Assembly (NCBI GenBank): GCA_043228905.1
Contig: JBHGNT010000001.1
Span: forward strand, 9,238,001-9,302,000
Direction: 5' to 3'
From: Azolla caroliniana
Taxonomy: Eukaryota; Plantae; Polypodiophyta
DNA length: 64,000 bases
Shown: piece after piece, positions 27,053 through 40,948 of the stretch
Position numbering within the stretch: the stretch's first letter is position 1
How the letters are laid out: each line of letters opens with the position of its first letter
Notes under the pieces: model-generated
Seen by the model: the letters and a program-made list of their open reading frames with translations, nothing else
Told to the model about the DNA's origin: nothing
The model's database searches: none
Program-made: the position numbers and the translations under genes

Positions 27053-27232
27053 CTTTTGTCACCATAGCCTTTCATGACAAATTAACAATAAAAAGAGTGC
27101 TTAATCAATACACTTTTGTCACAATAGCCATTCACAGCAAATTAACAATAAAAAGAGTGCTTAATCAAGACACTTTTGTCACCATAGCCTTTCACAACAA
27201 ATTAACAATAAAAAGAGTGCTTAATCAATACA
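27053..27232. repeat. Tandem repeat, 3 x 60 bp, downstream of GAD
   Basis: CTTTTGTCAC.ATAGCC.TTCA...CAAATTAACAATAAAAAGAGTGCTTAATCAA.ACA repeats with an exact 60-bp period. Confidence 0.95.
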
Positions 27233-27974
27233 TGTCATTCAATTGTGTAATGTTTTCACAATACCCATGGGAGATGTTATTAGTTTATTTGAACCATTAT
27301 TGCATCTTTGGATTGTTATTGTATATTAGGCTTCATGAGTTCAAATATGACATTCACATATTTCCCTAATTTCTCTCTATGTTATTATGTACACTCTCAA
27401 TTGCAACAACATGCACTACATATAAGTGAAAATGTTTCACTACGATCCTTTAGGTTATATTTGATCTTCAATGAGTTCTCTCTCGCAAAAGATTGAAGTA
27501 CCGAAAGTACAAAGGCACATAACCTTCAAGTTGGATCATTGGGTATAACACGAGAAACGTTTTATGCTGGAGAGTTGGGTGTATCAATGATCATGCATGA
27601 TTGCCTATTGAGAGGGTTTATTGCAAAGTAAGACAAAGAATGGGTTACTATTTCATGTATAGAGTGCAATGTGAGAGATACGGCCTTTATATAATCATCT
27701 ACTTTGTGATCAATCATCGACAAAATATGAAAGTGAAGGTTGTTGACACACAGACAAGGCAAACGAAAGAAAGAATCAATGTTTTCATTGCTCCGGATAA
27801 AAAAGAAGTTCCTAAAACTACTACATACAGAGTTTCTATTTATTATGCTAGAAGAGAGCTCTCTTGGAAACGAAAGCTCCATAAGACCCTCAAGTTTTTT
27901 TTCTCTATTTTACCTGAATGCCCTTTGATCGACCCCTTGCCAGAAAGACCCAGATGATTGTTCTTGGCATATTA

Positions 27975-28170
27975 CGTTAAAGTCATGTTCGTCTAGTATA
28001 ACATTCGTTTTCCTACGTTGAAAAACGAATGCGAATGTTATTCAAACATTCGTGTGTTTATTTTTTCCCATTTTTAAAATGTTTTTTTTCCCATTTTTTA
28101 GGCTTATTTACCTCATAATAAATAGTTAATCCAAAAGTATGGTATTTACCATTCTTCTAGGGTGTTTACC
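27975..28170. mobile_element. Dispersed ~190-bp repeat (MITE-like), copy 1, upstream of LPA2
   Basis: TGTTCGTCTAG..TAACATTCGTTTTCCTACGTT...ACCTCATAATAAATAGTTA.TCCAAAAGTATGGTATTTA.CATTCTT is shared with 40959-41122. Confidence 0.75.
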
Positions 28171-28352
28171 ATACTCGAAAATGAGAATGCACGTATGGTA
28201 CGTATGGTTTATACTATGGTTCTTGGTCTTCCTTGCTGGGGAAAAGAGTAGGGGCATGTCTGTTGAAATAAAGGAAAGCATTGGGGGGGTATTTGCAGGA
28301 ATTTTAGTAAACTCTGTGTGTGTGTCTGTGAGACTCTGTGGATGGATGCCAC

Positions 28353-28392
<40 letters not shown>

Positions 28393-28414
28393 TAATCAAG
28401 AAATCAAAGAGACA

Positions 28415-29744
28415 ATGAGCATCATTTACTCCCCTTCCTCCTGCTATGGATTCAGCCATGGATTTCTTCACAGCACTCTCCTCTCTACTATAAAACCTCT
28501 CAAGCTCTGCAGAAGAGCTCTACCACAAATTTCTTCTTTTTCTTCTTCTTCTTCTAGTAGCAAGAAGGAAGAAGATCCAGAAGAAAAAGAGAAGGAAACG
28601 AGCAGGAAGAATTCGAGCTCTTCTTCTCTCGAACTAGAGAGAGGTGGGATCGTCAAAGGCTTTGGAACTAATCTCTCTACACCCAAATCATCGTCTTCCA
28701 AAGACAAAGGAAAACAGGTAGGCTCTACTTTAAAGGAGAAACAGTTTAGCACTAACACTACCTCACGAAGACCATCCCCTGTGAAACCTCTTGTGGCCCC
28801 GAGTCTTAACCCTGAAGCTCAGCAAATTGAGAATGCGTCTGTCCTCGCCCTTGCCTCCATTGGCCTTCTAATCTTCATTGAAGGCCTTGCGTTGGCAGCC
28901 TCAGGTATCCATGGAACCTTAGCTCAAATTCATTTTAGTTAATTGGAAGATCGATAAGTACATTAACATGCTTGGTTGGGTATGGTGTGGAGCTGAATCT
29001 CTGACCAAGTGTGGTATATAAAAGGTTATCTACCCTATTTGTGGTATATAAAAGGTTGGACTCTGGATGCCAATAATGGCCATCTAATTTGGATGGATAT
29101 TCTCTGGACATAAATTTGATGGTTAATTCACATTTGAAGGCCTGCTTACCCTATATCTATCTATCTATATATACCCATGGTTGATTGGTTTATGAAAGGC
29201 TAACTACCCAATTATGCACTCCAGTTGAACAGTCCTTGGAGCACTCTGCATGATTGGTCAATTCTGATGGCCATAATTACGAAAGGATAATCTAGATTCT
29301 ATGCATTCTGGACGGATGTAGTCTTTACAAAGACTGAGGTTTGATTGGTATATAAAGAACTACCCACTCTATTGTGCACAGTCCATGGTCATCCACGATC
29401 ATGGATGGTGTTTATGCTCTCATACAGATAGACCTAAGATCAATGAGTATATAAAAGTGCTACCTGCCCTATTATACATTTTTGGCAGTCGTCCATAGCA
29501 TGATCTAAGCATAAATTTTCAGTACTTGTTGAAAGCATTAATATATGTATATGATTATATTTTTGCTTATAACATATTTGCATATAAAATTGGATTTCTA
29601 GGTCTTTTGCCTGAAGAATGGGATGCAGTAATTACCAAGTTTGTGTATCCATCCTTTACACCCACTGTTGGGCTATTTCTCGCTGGGGCTGTATTCTATG
29701 GTGTGTACAAAATTCTACAAGGTAATGATTCAGAAAACAACTAA
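28415..29744 (+). CDS. LPA2: LOW PSII ACCUMULATION 2-like thylakoid protein, 2 exons (28415-28904, 29602-29744)
   Basis: Ser-rich transit peptide, a KGFG motif, and LIFIEGLALAASG|LLPEEWDAVITKFVYPSFTPTVGLFLAGAVFYGVYK, which matches the LPA2 C-terminus. Confidence 0.9.
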
Positions 29745-30381
29745 AGTTTTCGTTCACTCTTTATTGATGTTTCGACTTCCTCTCATTGCTGTGTTCGAGA
29801 TTGAGATGGAGACCTTGTAAAATGAAGTGTTTGCCATATAGGTTTTGTAAATTTATAAAGACTCAGAAATTTTCAATGGTGGTTTTCTAAACTACTTTCC
29901 AATGAAGCTGCATGTGATCCCCCATGTCGATATGTCTCTTTTCTGCTCAAATGAGTTTTGAATTTGTAGATCAAAGCTGCATCACTGTGATGACTCTGAA
30001 TAGGCCTGAAAAACTTGAAAAAGAAGTTGATGGCAATGATTGTTGTATATGTAGCAACAATCTACCATAACTGTCATGTAAAAATCAAAACTGCTCCTCC
30101 ATATTAATCAAAGTGATCAAAGGCTGATCTTGTTTCAGTGTTATTGACATTAAATTGTTGTATCTAATCTTGATTAAATATCTGATCATATTAATTTGCA
30201 TCATACATTGAGGTATTGATATTATAAATTGTGAACATATGAAAAATGCTAGGAACCATCATCCTTTTCATAGTTGAGTTTGGCACTTACAAGTCTAGTT
30301 GGATGTAACTTCATGGACAAGACGCTCAATTCTAGAATCTAACCCATGGAATCAAAGTGAAATATTTTCTCGCGGTGTTTT

Positions 30382-30521
30382 TTTTCTTGTTTACCTTGAC
30401 AAGTGACTCTCAATGTTGAAAGATTTTATTCATAAATGTTTGCAAATTGAGTTTTCTTGTTTACCTTGACAAGTGACTCTCAATGTTGAAAGATTTTATT
30501 CATCAATGTTTGCAAATTGAG
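30382..30521. repeat. Tandem duplication, 2 x 70 bp
   Basis: TTTTCTTGTTTACCTTGACAAGTGACTCTCAATGTTGAAAGATTTTATTCAT.AATGTTTGCAAATTGAG occurs twice. Confidence 0.95.
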
Positions 30522-30877
30522 AGTGCATAATGCGGCAATGTGACAATCTGAGTAAAGCAATTTGAATGTGAATGAAGGAAGGTCTCATACTATCTTTTGC
30601 TTGTAAGGGTATCTTGTTGTAATAAGATGAGAGCATGGCTGTGGAAGCCTTAATGTTTTTATATTTGCGAAACACCTTGAACTGTGGGCATTGTTATAAT
30701 TGACACATAAATTGCTATCACAGCATGCATATTCAGGCCTGATGAATTTGGAAAGTAGGCGGATTGATATATATAGTGGCACATCAAATCAGTCGAAATC
30801 TATATGTTTATAAATAAACATATACGCTGGGACATTTTATATGTTTATTTAAATAACCATTAACTTCAAATATACAT

Positions 30878-30951
30878 TCCATTGTCGTCTAGTCCGGTTA
30901 GGATACCTGGCTTTCACCCAGGCGACCCGGGTTCAAATCCCGGCAATGGAA
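30878..30951 (+). tRNA. tRNA-Glu(UUC)
   Basis: Acceptor stem TCCATTG/CAATGGA, anticodon arm CCTGG-CTTTCAC-CCAGG, T arm CCGGG-TTCAAAT-CCCGG, and an oligo-T terminator immediately downstream. Confidence 0.96.
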
Positions 30952-32121
30952 TTTTTTGTTTTTCTTAAAAGTGTTTTCGTTCTTTTATTTTTTTAGTGTT
31001 GATTGCTTCTTTGTAGATGTGTCATTTACTCCCAATGATGTTGTGTTACACAACATTTTTGAGTTATATTATTACGGTGGGAAAGTCACTCATGAACATG
31101 CTCACTAACAAGACGTACTAGTGTTGCCAAGTGGTGACCTAATCTTGACATCCTAGTAGTGACAAGCGTGAAGGTACGTTCGTCTTTAGGAGTTTTAAGT
31201 AACAATGGTCCATGTATTTTAACTACCCTCACAGACAAAACCTATCTCCTGATAAAGAATATCTTTGCTATTTATGACAAAGAAAGAGAGAAGAAAATGA
31301 TCACTATTCCCACTACAACCTTGAATTTCACCCCAACTACTACCAAATTTGCTTTTTGGTGTTTGTTCTAAATACTATCCTTTTTATGCATCCTCCTAGA
31401 TAATTTTATCATAGTTGTTAAAAGAAGTCATATTTCATAATGATGCACATACATATACATCCAAACTTACAATGAAATATGTAACTCACATTTAGTACTT
31501 CAAGTTGTCGGTATGGAAAATTATACAACAATATAAAGAAGTGTAATTCTGCTTGTTCACTTTGAGTCAATGGATCAATTCATTCTCTAAATGAAATATG
31601 TACACTTGTTTATGTGCTCATGTAATGAAAATTTTAATCATCCATCTAGATCGATAATTATACAACATTTCTTAGTGCATTGCCTAAAATAAGATCCACT
31701 CTTGGAGTTAGAAGGGATTCAATGGAATGATTGTTTTGACAAGGAAAACCCAACATATTTCACATATCTACCAATGGTGCATTTTGATCATATTTGTTAC
31801 TTACATGATCCTTCCTTTACTTGTCTTCATGTTACATCTGCCAAACTCATACAAATTTGATAATATGGGTGTTCTAAAACTCCATTAATGTCTCAATGGA
31901 AGTTTTCTCATATATTCTTCAAATTTCAAAGTACCAAAGTTGGAACACACTGAAAATTTCAATCAGCAATAACTTGAACACAACCTCGTCACCAAACACA
32001 CAATAAAGTCAAACCTAATGCATTGAATCTATATAAATATACAGTTGATTTGTAAGGGCATCTCATAGTTATCAGCATAACCTTATGGATATCCAAGTAG
32101 ACCCATGATGCACACATACAA

Positions 32122-32260
32122 AAGAGAGATAGATAGAGTATTAATTTTAATCCCTGAGGGAGACTGAATACAAGCTATGGGACAGGGACAAGCCCATGGT
32201 GAGGATCAAACTTGTGAGTTCTCTTGGTTTTATGATTAGAATATGTGACTTGAACCAAAA
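32122..32260 (-). mobile_element. Candidate SINE/LINE 3' relic with a (TATC)n/(TC)n tail
   Basis: On -: B-box-like AGTTTGATCC, then CCCTCAGGGATTAAAATTAATACTCTATCTATCTCTC. Confidence 0.3.
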
Positions 32261-32954
32261 CCATTGAAACGACACAATCGAGTTGATATGCCATAAAGTT
32301 GAGCGACATGCTGAGATTAGCAGGGTAAATATTAGAGTCCATAACTTAGATGATGATATCTAGAAGTATTCCGAGTAGATAACCTCAAGAGTTTCTCAGA
32401 GAAGAGTCAGGTGGGAAACAAATCAGAGAGAGAGATACATTAACATCGATGATATTGAGCAAGGCATGTCTTAACATACGATTCTTTAAAATATCTCAAA
32501 ACCCAGCAACTGTAGCTTACAAGAAAGTATAGTTTCAAACATCTTGCATGCTCAAGGGCATAATTACAAGTTCTAATCTGGAATAGCTTGCCAGATGGTC
32601 ATTTGTTTGAAACACCCCAGGTTACCCAGCCTTTATATATAGTTCTTTAGAATGTATTACAGACAAATTCTTCAGTTCCACCATGAAGAAGAGTGTATAT
32701 ATATTATAAGAACTTTGATCGCTTTGACTGAACATGGGTAAACTGGTTACTACAATGTTAACTAGCTTCCAAAGCATAGAGAGCTCAATCTTGCCAAGAT
32801 ACATTTACAATATGCACAAGCCAGTGTATAGACCATTGTTTGAGCTCTAAAATTGATGCGCAATGAATGTGTTGTAATCACAACCCAATAATCATCAGCA
32901 TGCTAATATACAATATCAAATGGGATATTATTCAGCTTGAAACAATATGGAGTG

Positions 32955-34163
32955 TCAGCTTGGTCCATGTGAATGTGTCAATCGTGCTAGTAAGAGCTCT
33001 TGCTCATGCTTCACAACTTGCAAGGACTCATATTCCACTTTGAGATTCTGTGAAAGCAATAATCAAAACAAAAAAGTCAAAAAAAGAAATCAGATCAATA
33101 CAAAGAAATTGGATCTTTTTTCTTAAAACAAGGATACAAATGAGTCAAAACACATTAAATATTCATAATGGTCATTGCATTAGCATCTTTTTGAAAGCAT
33201 TGATAAATGGTTATATCGTTCTTATATAGGTAGAGAATGGAAACGGAAAAGGTAGAGCCAATCGGTTTAGGCCTTAAGGACGTTGAGAACATTAATAGAA
33301 TCATGAATGAATGACAGTATCAAAGCTTTTTTAAGCATTATGAATATATGTACAACCTAAATCCCACTTAGGAGAATGTAATCCACACCATTGACACTAG
33401 TATATAGACACACATAAATTGGGAGAAGTCAAGAAAAAACATTTTATTAACGTGCAAAAAAACATATCCTTCACATAGAAAAAGAATATGTCTAAGCATC
33501 AGGATACACATCACTACACAAGCATTTATCTATTTACAACTCCAGATGTGTTATCATATCACTTCATAGTAATAATAAGAAGGATTAACAAACTAGATAT
33601 ATATATGAGGTCATCGTAACAGTAACATGACATCCAAGTTCATACCAACATACATGCTTTTACATATTGTAAGCTATGCAAAATATCTCCACCAGTTCAA
33701 AAAGCACATGCATTTAAATACAGAAACTAAATTTAGGGTACAGAAACAGCAAATTTGATCCAGCTATAGATCAAGTTTTGGTAATTTTCTTTGAAACCAA
33801 AGCAAACTTCCAAACATCAAGCATAAACGCACCAATCTGGTTTCCTTGTGTTTAGAAGGTAAAATTTTTAATTTCAAAATTTCAAAAAAAAGTATTACAG
33901 AAAGCTCAATTGTATTTCTTTCATTTGTGAAAATATTGAGATTAAAAAAATTTCTATTTTATTAGCTTGGAAAGTTGGAATTTGAAATAATACCTCGAGT
34001 TTTTCTCGCATCCGTTCAAATTCTGACCTTTGATCAGCAACTTTATATGGCCTAGATGCGATCTCCATAGAGACAGAGCATCTCGCTTCAATGGCTTTCT
34101 GTTTCTCTGCCTCCACTTTCTGAGCTTCCTCAACAACACTATCCACAACTTGCTTTGAAGCCT

Positions 34164-34211
<48 letters not shown>

Positions 34212-34870
34212 AAACAGCAAAAGAGAAAAAACATAAACATGTTAACCATATAACACGTGTTTCAACAACATAAAGAGTTTCTTTAAAACCCATGTTCATC
34301 TACAGATGATTGACATACATGGGGTTACCCATTTGGATGTACAAAGAAGGCATACATAAGTTAACCATGGAAAATGAATTAAACCTATCTTTTATTACAT
34401 ATGATTTGCATGCATAAGGCTATCCATTTGGAATTCATAAATATGGTCACAATAGCAAGATGGGGTCCAACAACATAAACTGTTGTTTTACACGCGACTT
34501 ACATACAGAGAAAGGTGTGAAATATGTAAATACATCCATTTGAAGAGGAAAACAGAGCAACATTTAATTCCACAAAAAACAAGATCTTACGCCAGAGACG
34601 AATGACAATACAGGGTGTTCATTTAGAGAAATGATTAAACTTACAGGCATGAACCAAACACACGAAGGGCAGAGAAATTTCAGGTACCTGATGGAAATGG
34701 GTGATCTTGGAGCGAAACGAAGCAGCGCATTGAGAGATTTCGCGCAGCCTGATGGATCGAGAGGGATGGAGAAGGCGAATTCTTCCTGAATCATCAAGGA
34801 CCAGAGGAGGCGGAGCAACTCTCAGCGTTTCGGTTTCGGTTTCGGCTTCGGCTTCTTTTGGTTCTACCAT
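32955..34870 (-). CDS. IFT20: Intraflagellar transport protein 20, 3 exons (34870-34688, 34161-33994, 33047-32955), 147 aa
   Basis: LVLDDSGRIRLLHP...FRSKITHFHQ|...AQKVEAEKQKAIEAR...KLE|NLKVEYESLQVVKHEQELLL matches the IFT20 pattern (FDELNKLRVLDP...FVDKIGQFQ...ENEKMKAIGAR...LERYRVEYEAL..VE.EQ). Both introns are phase 0 and GT-AG. Confidence 0.88.
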
Positions 34871-34917
34871 ACCGGTCCCATTCCTTCACTTCCCCTTCTC
34901 TTCTCTTTGGGAGCAGA

Positions 34918-34955
<38 letters not shown>

Positions 34956-35040
34956 ACTAACTAAACCTTTTTTCCACACCCTAACGTTCATCATATTTAC
35001 AATTCTAGTCCCCCAAAACCTCCCATGTTCTTCTGTTTCT

Positions 35041-35475
35041 TTGTTTTCTTCTCAATACTATACGATCAAATTTTCACTACCACTATGTCCAATGCATCAT
35101 ATCTGTATGTATACACACATACATTACATGCATACCAACACATACATACATTGTTTTCTTCTCAATACTATACGATCAAATTTTCACTACCACTATGTCC
35201 AATGCATCATATATGTATGTATACACACATACATTACATGCATACCAACACATACATACATTACATACATACATTACATGTTTACTGATACATACATACA
35301 TACATACATGATACATATATTATGTATGTACCAGTACATATATACATTACATGCATACCAATACATACATATATTACATGCATACCAACACATACATATG
35401 TACCAATACATACATACATTACATGCACACCAATACATACATACATACACATCTACAAACATATGTATGTATGTA
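35041..35475. repeat. 2 x 110 bp duplication running into a degenerate (TACA)n low-complexity tract
   Basis: TTGTTTTCTTCTCAATACTATACGATCAAATTTTC starts at 35041 and again at 35151. CATACATA repeats follow. Confidence 0.9.
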
Positions 35476-36368
35476 AATACAATAAAGTCTAGCCAAAGCC
35501 ACACTAAACCTGTTTTTATAACCATGTCTCCTTTAGTATAAAACAACATTTTCTTTCACCATAATAGATCTATGCTTCATCACTTCGCTTTTGCTTTCAT
35601 TTATCCGGTTAATCCACTTCCAAAAAGAACTGAACCTCAACCTTGGACTGATTAAACCTTAATAACGATTATTTTTGCTCATATGCTATGCTAGAATAAT
35701 GACACAACAGAAAAAAACATTACTTGATCCGGAAAAAATGTAAGTGCAATGCTGATCGTTCGTGGCACTTGCACTGATGTTACTGCATAGACGTAATGCT
35801 CAACAGCATTACAAAAGCAGCTCAGGTCGATACTCAAAATTCGCATATCACATCAAGGAAGTGTATATATTCTTTCTTTGCTTATTCACCAAATGGCCAC
35901 ATGTCTTTTGTTTCTGACACATTTCCACCATAAATAATGCAAACAAACCAAAGTTTTTCACTTTTACACTTCAGTTCCCTATGATTGTGAACTCTTGAAA
36001 GTTAAATATGGCGTCTATTACTTCAGAGATGAACAATATTAATGACCTTTCGAGAGATGGTGTTTACTCCCAAATTTCACAACTGACAAAGGAGAATTTT
36101 ATGGGAGAGATGATCATCCACCAATTTCAATATCAACCATTATATCCAAAGTTCAATACAGCATATATTTCTTCAGAAATGTACATGTAATACATTGAAA
36201 GTTTGTAGCATGACCATAATGTTATCAAGCAGATGAACAATGTTAATGACAATTTTGGTAGATGGTTTTTACTACCAAATTTTAGAACTGATGACACTAC
36301 CAACTTTTACAACTGATAAAGGAGATTTTTATAGGAGAGATGAACATCCACCCATTATCAATATCAAC

Positions 36369-38443
36369 CTAACCAACAAAGAGAGACAACAGTATCAATT
36401 GCACATATTCAAAGAAAACCCCATTTATCTTGTCAATTTTAATACGCAAAAACATAATCTTGTTGATACCTTCCCGTTTTTCAATATTCCTCCACTTATC
36501 CTTCAGATCAACCTGTGTGGTACTATTCAAATGTTAGTTCTCCATTAACCAAAAAACTTGAAAAAGATGCAACAGATCAAACAACGGTTTTCTTGCACCT
36601 CTGTCCGATTTTCAAATATTGAACTATGCTTTCGAAGAATATGTTTCCAATGTCCTTTACCATACCTGTCATAATAATTCCAAAACCATCATCATCAATT
36701 GAACCATTTTCATTACAAAAATAGTCATTAAACAATATACAGATACTATGTCAGCAAACAGATGACACATCAAATGTTCATAGTTAATACCTTTCCACTT
36801 CGTTTCTGAGAACATTCTCCTCTTCTTGAGTCCATCTTCTAAACTTCCTCCGATGTGGCACATTTTTTGATAACACATCCTTCATCATTCTAGTACCCTG
36901 TCTTTGGCGAAGTATTGGAAGCTGCACTCGTCTCGAACAAGATGGCGAATCGTCCTTCAGTGGACTGTTACTTATGTCATCACTTGCACTCCACTGAAAA
37001 GTTCAATCTGATACAATTTAATAATTCTGCTTTTTCCATGTTTCTAATACACTATTAGATTAATGATTTGCATTACCAGAAATGGATTGCTGATAATACA
37101 AGCATCGAATTATTATATTAGTCCCTTAATAAAATCAATATTTAAATTGTACGAATGGCAAGTTTGATGGTAAGAATAAAAGACATGAACCTTATAATGT
37201 CAGAGGAATATTTAAAAATTGTAAGAAAGACGACTTCAGTAATAAGGTGAAAACAAATTTCACCCTTGTAAATAAGCCTAATAGATTACAACAATGGACA
37301 CCTTGAATCACAATCCAAAACAATGTTCTAAGTTGATATGACCACTTTAAAAGTTTTAAAATCATCTTGGACATCCCACAAGATTTCCGAAAATTCATTA
37401 CTAATTCTGATTTCATGGTTTTAATGCCAACATGCTAGTGCCCAGATTTCCTTTTTCATTTATTCAAGAATATAGAAGGAACCCCAGAACAACCCCTCAG
37501 AAACTTACTGAAGTGGCCACGCAGCATTATTTCTAATAATTGATCAAACAATTTATAAGTTCTTTTTAGGCAGAAAGAAGAAAATTCACAATTTCATACC
37601 AACCTCGATCTTTTGAGCAGTAGGGTTGCGATCCATGATGCTCCTATTCTGTTTCTTGCCAAATGCTTGTGCACTTCCTCGCATCTTTATAGGAGAGATT
37701 GTGTTCACATCTTTCATATGTCTCTCAGAGGGTCTTGCTTGTTGACCTTGATTATCATCCTTCACATGCAATATCCCCTTTGAATTATCTAATTCATTTA
37801 ATGTTACTTTTCTAGATTTTGCAGCTTCCTCGGCAATCCTGAGAGCCTCTGGAAGAGGATCCTTTACAACTGCATTAAGGCTTGCCTGGCATTCCATAAG
37901 TGCTGATTGTGCTTTCTGAATCTCGGGGCTATCCAAAATATTTCTACAAATAGGAACAGTGTCTCTTGCATGATCTGCATTGGACAAAAATGCACCAATT
38001 TTCCGCCTTTTCCTCCTAATAGTGATAGTAGCACTTGGATCTGGCAATTCTGGAAAGAAGATACCGTTTGATCAATGCATACGGACAAATCAAAAGTTTG
38101 TAAATTTAAGTATGTTTCTGACTTGCAGTTGTGGAATCGTAATTGCCACTGGATTGGAAATGAGGAGAACTAGAAATGGGAGAAAATGTTCCCAATCTTC
38201 AGAAGTTGGAATTACTCAGAAATACTGAACATTCTTTCTACACATACATAGAAAGGGCCAGTGAAACTTCTCTCCATTTCCTGTGGAGCGTTTCCAGCGT
38301 GGCTGAGTAAAACATGGGCACATGTTCTCCTGTCCCTTTCTTTTCCTCTACATGCACATCCAGATTTTCTCCAACATACAATACTCTAAAACATGTCCAG
38401 ATGTATTTGACCTAGGTAGATGAAAGAGAGAAAGGGAGAGAGA

Positions 38444-38483
<40 letters not shown>

Positions 38484-40071
38484 TATTACCACTACAGGAA
38501 ACCAAACTCAACCAATAGAACCAAATGAGTGCAATGTTGACGTTCATTCTACTTTAGGTTATGCTATCGGTATCCATGAATGAGTTAACTTTTCATAGAT
38601 AGAAACCCAAGAAAAGAAAGAAAATCATACCTCTACCTAGAAGAGAATTGATACCCCCTTTATTTTTAACTTATCACAGAGACAAACCCAAGAAATGAAA
38701 CCAAATCACTATCAACGAAAACAACACGACCCACTTCATTTTCTCATGCAAAATAAACTATTAATTATGAATTGAAATCTAAACATTCTTACCGGTCCAT
38801 GGAGGAGGACTTGGACGGACAGGTTCATCTGCATCTTCTTCTTCATTTGGCATCCAATCTGTTGTGGGTAATACAGCTTTTTCGGTCTCTTTTACTAGCT
38901 TTCCATATGATCCATTTACCAGAAGAGTCTCATTTAAAGATTTTCTGATAGATGGTTTAACGCTTGAAGTCCTAACCTCCATTTCCTCAACCAATTGTGC
39001 ATCCACTAACTTTGAGCTTAGCAAAAAACTTTCTATTGTATTCTCCTTTAGGCTTATTGGTATGTGCCGTTTACCCCGCAATGGAGGAGATGATCCTTCC
39101 ATATCCTCATATCCATCCTTTTCTTCTGTAACCACATTCTTTGCAGAGGATGCTCCTTCAACATGGCTCTTTGTTAAGTTTTTTTCTCTCAATACACTAT
39201 CTACATCCTTTGTAGCCTGTGTGTCTGAGGAATCATCATCTACAGATGGTTCTTTCCTTGCTATAGGAGAAACAGACAATGAGAAGCCTTCAGGCAAATA
39301 TAGTCCTTTCTTCACACTCTCTGCAACTTGCTCCAGAAAAACCGAGCCTAAACTTTTCCAAGCTTCAGAAAGGAATCCTTGGACCATATTTTTCACTTTT
39401 CCTCTATTGAATCCCTTCAGAAAATCATGCCGATGATCCGGATGCTCTTTGATGTCCTGTAGATCTTGCATTAACTGACGATACCTATCTTGGATGCGTT
39501 CTTCTTCTTTCTTCTTCTTCTTCGTGATCTTCTTCTTCATATTTTCATCACCAATCCATAAATTATCCACAAAATCACAGAATTTCGGCCAATTCTCGGT
39601 TTCTTCACGCAAATGCTGAACAGTGCATTCAGCCCTAACTGCAAGCAGAAGCTGAGAGAAAGTGAACGATTTCTTACCTGTTTTCCTTCCATTATTTTCC
39701 TGAAACGCGTGAAATCGACGAGGAAAAGCACGGTGAGACAACAAATCAGCAGCAGCAGCAGAAGAAGAAGAAGATGGCGATGATGATGATGATGATGGCG
39801 AAAGCTCTGATAATATCTCGACCGTGCGTTCGGAGAATCGATCATCTTCCACAACGTCCAGATACAGGAATTTGAGGAGGAGGAGTCTCTTGAGGGAGAG
39901 ACTGTGGGGGGGGATAGGGTAGGATTCAAGCAGGGCTCTGATGAGAAGTTGGTTGGAGCAGTGCTTTAGAATGTATTCCCAGACCCATTCTCGGCACATA
40001 GATTGTAGAGGCGAGTGTTCTTGGCAGGAAGGAAGCTTCGCCATGGCCATGTACGCTGTTCGCAGGCTCAT
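36369..40071 (-). CDS. TRF-like protein (TRFL5/TRFL11-type N-terminal helical domain plus C-terminal telobox Myb); exons approx. 40071-38793, 38049-37604, 36995-36791, 36665-36599, 36512-(3' end uncertain)
   Basis: Myb domain RRWTQEEENVLRNEVER|YGKGHWKHIL...FENRTE|VDLKDKWRNI carries the telobox LKDKWRN. N-terminal WVWEY...LKRLLLLKFL...AVRAECTVQHL, plus SLNAVVKDPLPEAL and SIMDRNPTA..IEW, are typical of plant TRFL proteins. Confidence 0.85.
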
Positions 40072-40948
40072 ATCTCATATCCAAGGAAAGGAAGGAATTG
40101 CAGAACAGAGGAATTTCACACAGAAGGGAAGAGGGGCATTCGGGGAAATAGGAAAATATACTGAGGGGCATTTGGGGAAATAAAATAAACCAAACCCTTT
40201 TGTCTTTTTTCTCTAAATCCTTTGTTATAACTTATACATAATTGCTCTCTTACAGTAAGTCAAGTCAAGTCAAGTCAAGTAATGTATGAGTCAAGTCAAG
40301 TCAAAGCATATATCCTCCATCTATGTTGCTTTTGAGAGGAGAGAAAAGTCACCGTCTTGCTCAATGTAAGTGGCGTATGCTCTCTTTTTTTTAAGTTCTG
40401 TGTCAGTTCCCACTCATACAATCAGTACACACATACATATAGCTCTTTCACCATCGGGGCCATGTATGCTTTGCTTGCCTCACATAAATGTATCATTTTG
40501 TTAAGTCTTGTATCTATCTCAATGCCACTCATCACAAATACATACGTGTGCATGTCGTGTCTGGGACTTCTTTCCGAGAAGGAAGCAAGCTTTGTGCCAT
40601 TTTTGGCCATATGTGTTGAGACTCGGAGAGCTAAACAACCAAGTAGAAGCATAGACGTGTTAGGTATGGATCGACACAACCATGCTTTTTTCGGTTCTTG
40701 CAATTTCATGAGTATATAGTTAGTTGTAAACATATTGATATATATAGATAGATAGATATTGCGCTTAGATGCCCCTCCTACATTGATGCCCCTATATAAA
40801 TAAAAGTGTTTGATCGTGCCTCCCCTACTTTCATTTATGCAAGTAAAACTCGACGTGTTTTTCAGTAGAAGTAGCTACTCGAATTAATACGGCATGACAA
40901 TACGAAGAAAAAAAAAAACTCTCGATGTAGTGCATCAAAACATAGTAC

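Noticed and set aside
27053-27232. Regular 60-bp array that resembles a CRISPR array
   Set aside because: The entire unit repeats, so there are no unique spacers. The context is eukaryotic and there are no cas genes.
28139-28414. N-terminal 92 aa of ORF 28139-28942
   Set aside because: It runs through the dispersed repeat and a (GA)n tract. The ATG at 28415 gives a normal transit peptide.
35025-35549. ORFs rich in Y/I/H/M/C
   Set aside because: They are translations of (TACA)n low-complexity DNA.
38864-39436. 190-aa ORF on the + strand
   Set aside because: It is the antisense shadow of the long TRFL exon 1.
40770-40810. USE-like TCCTACATTG followed by TATATAAA (snRNA-type promoter)
   Set aside because: The spacing is only about 7 bp instead of roughly 25-35 bp, and no recognisable snRNA follows.
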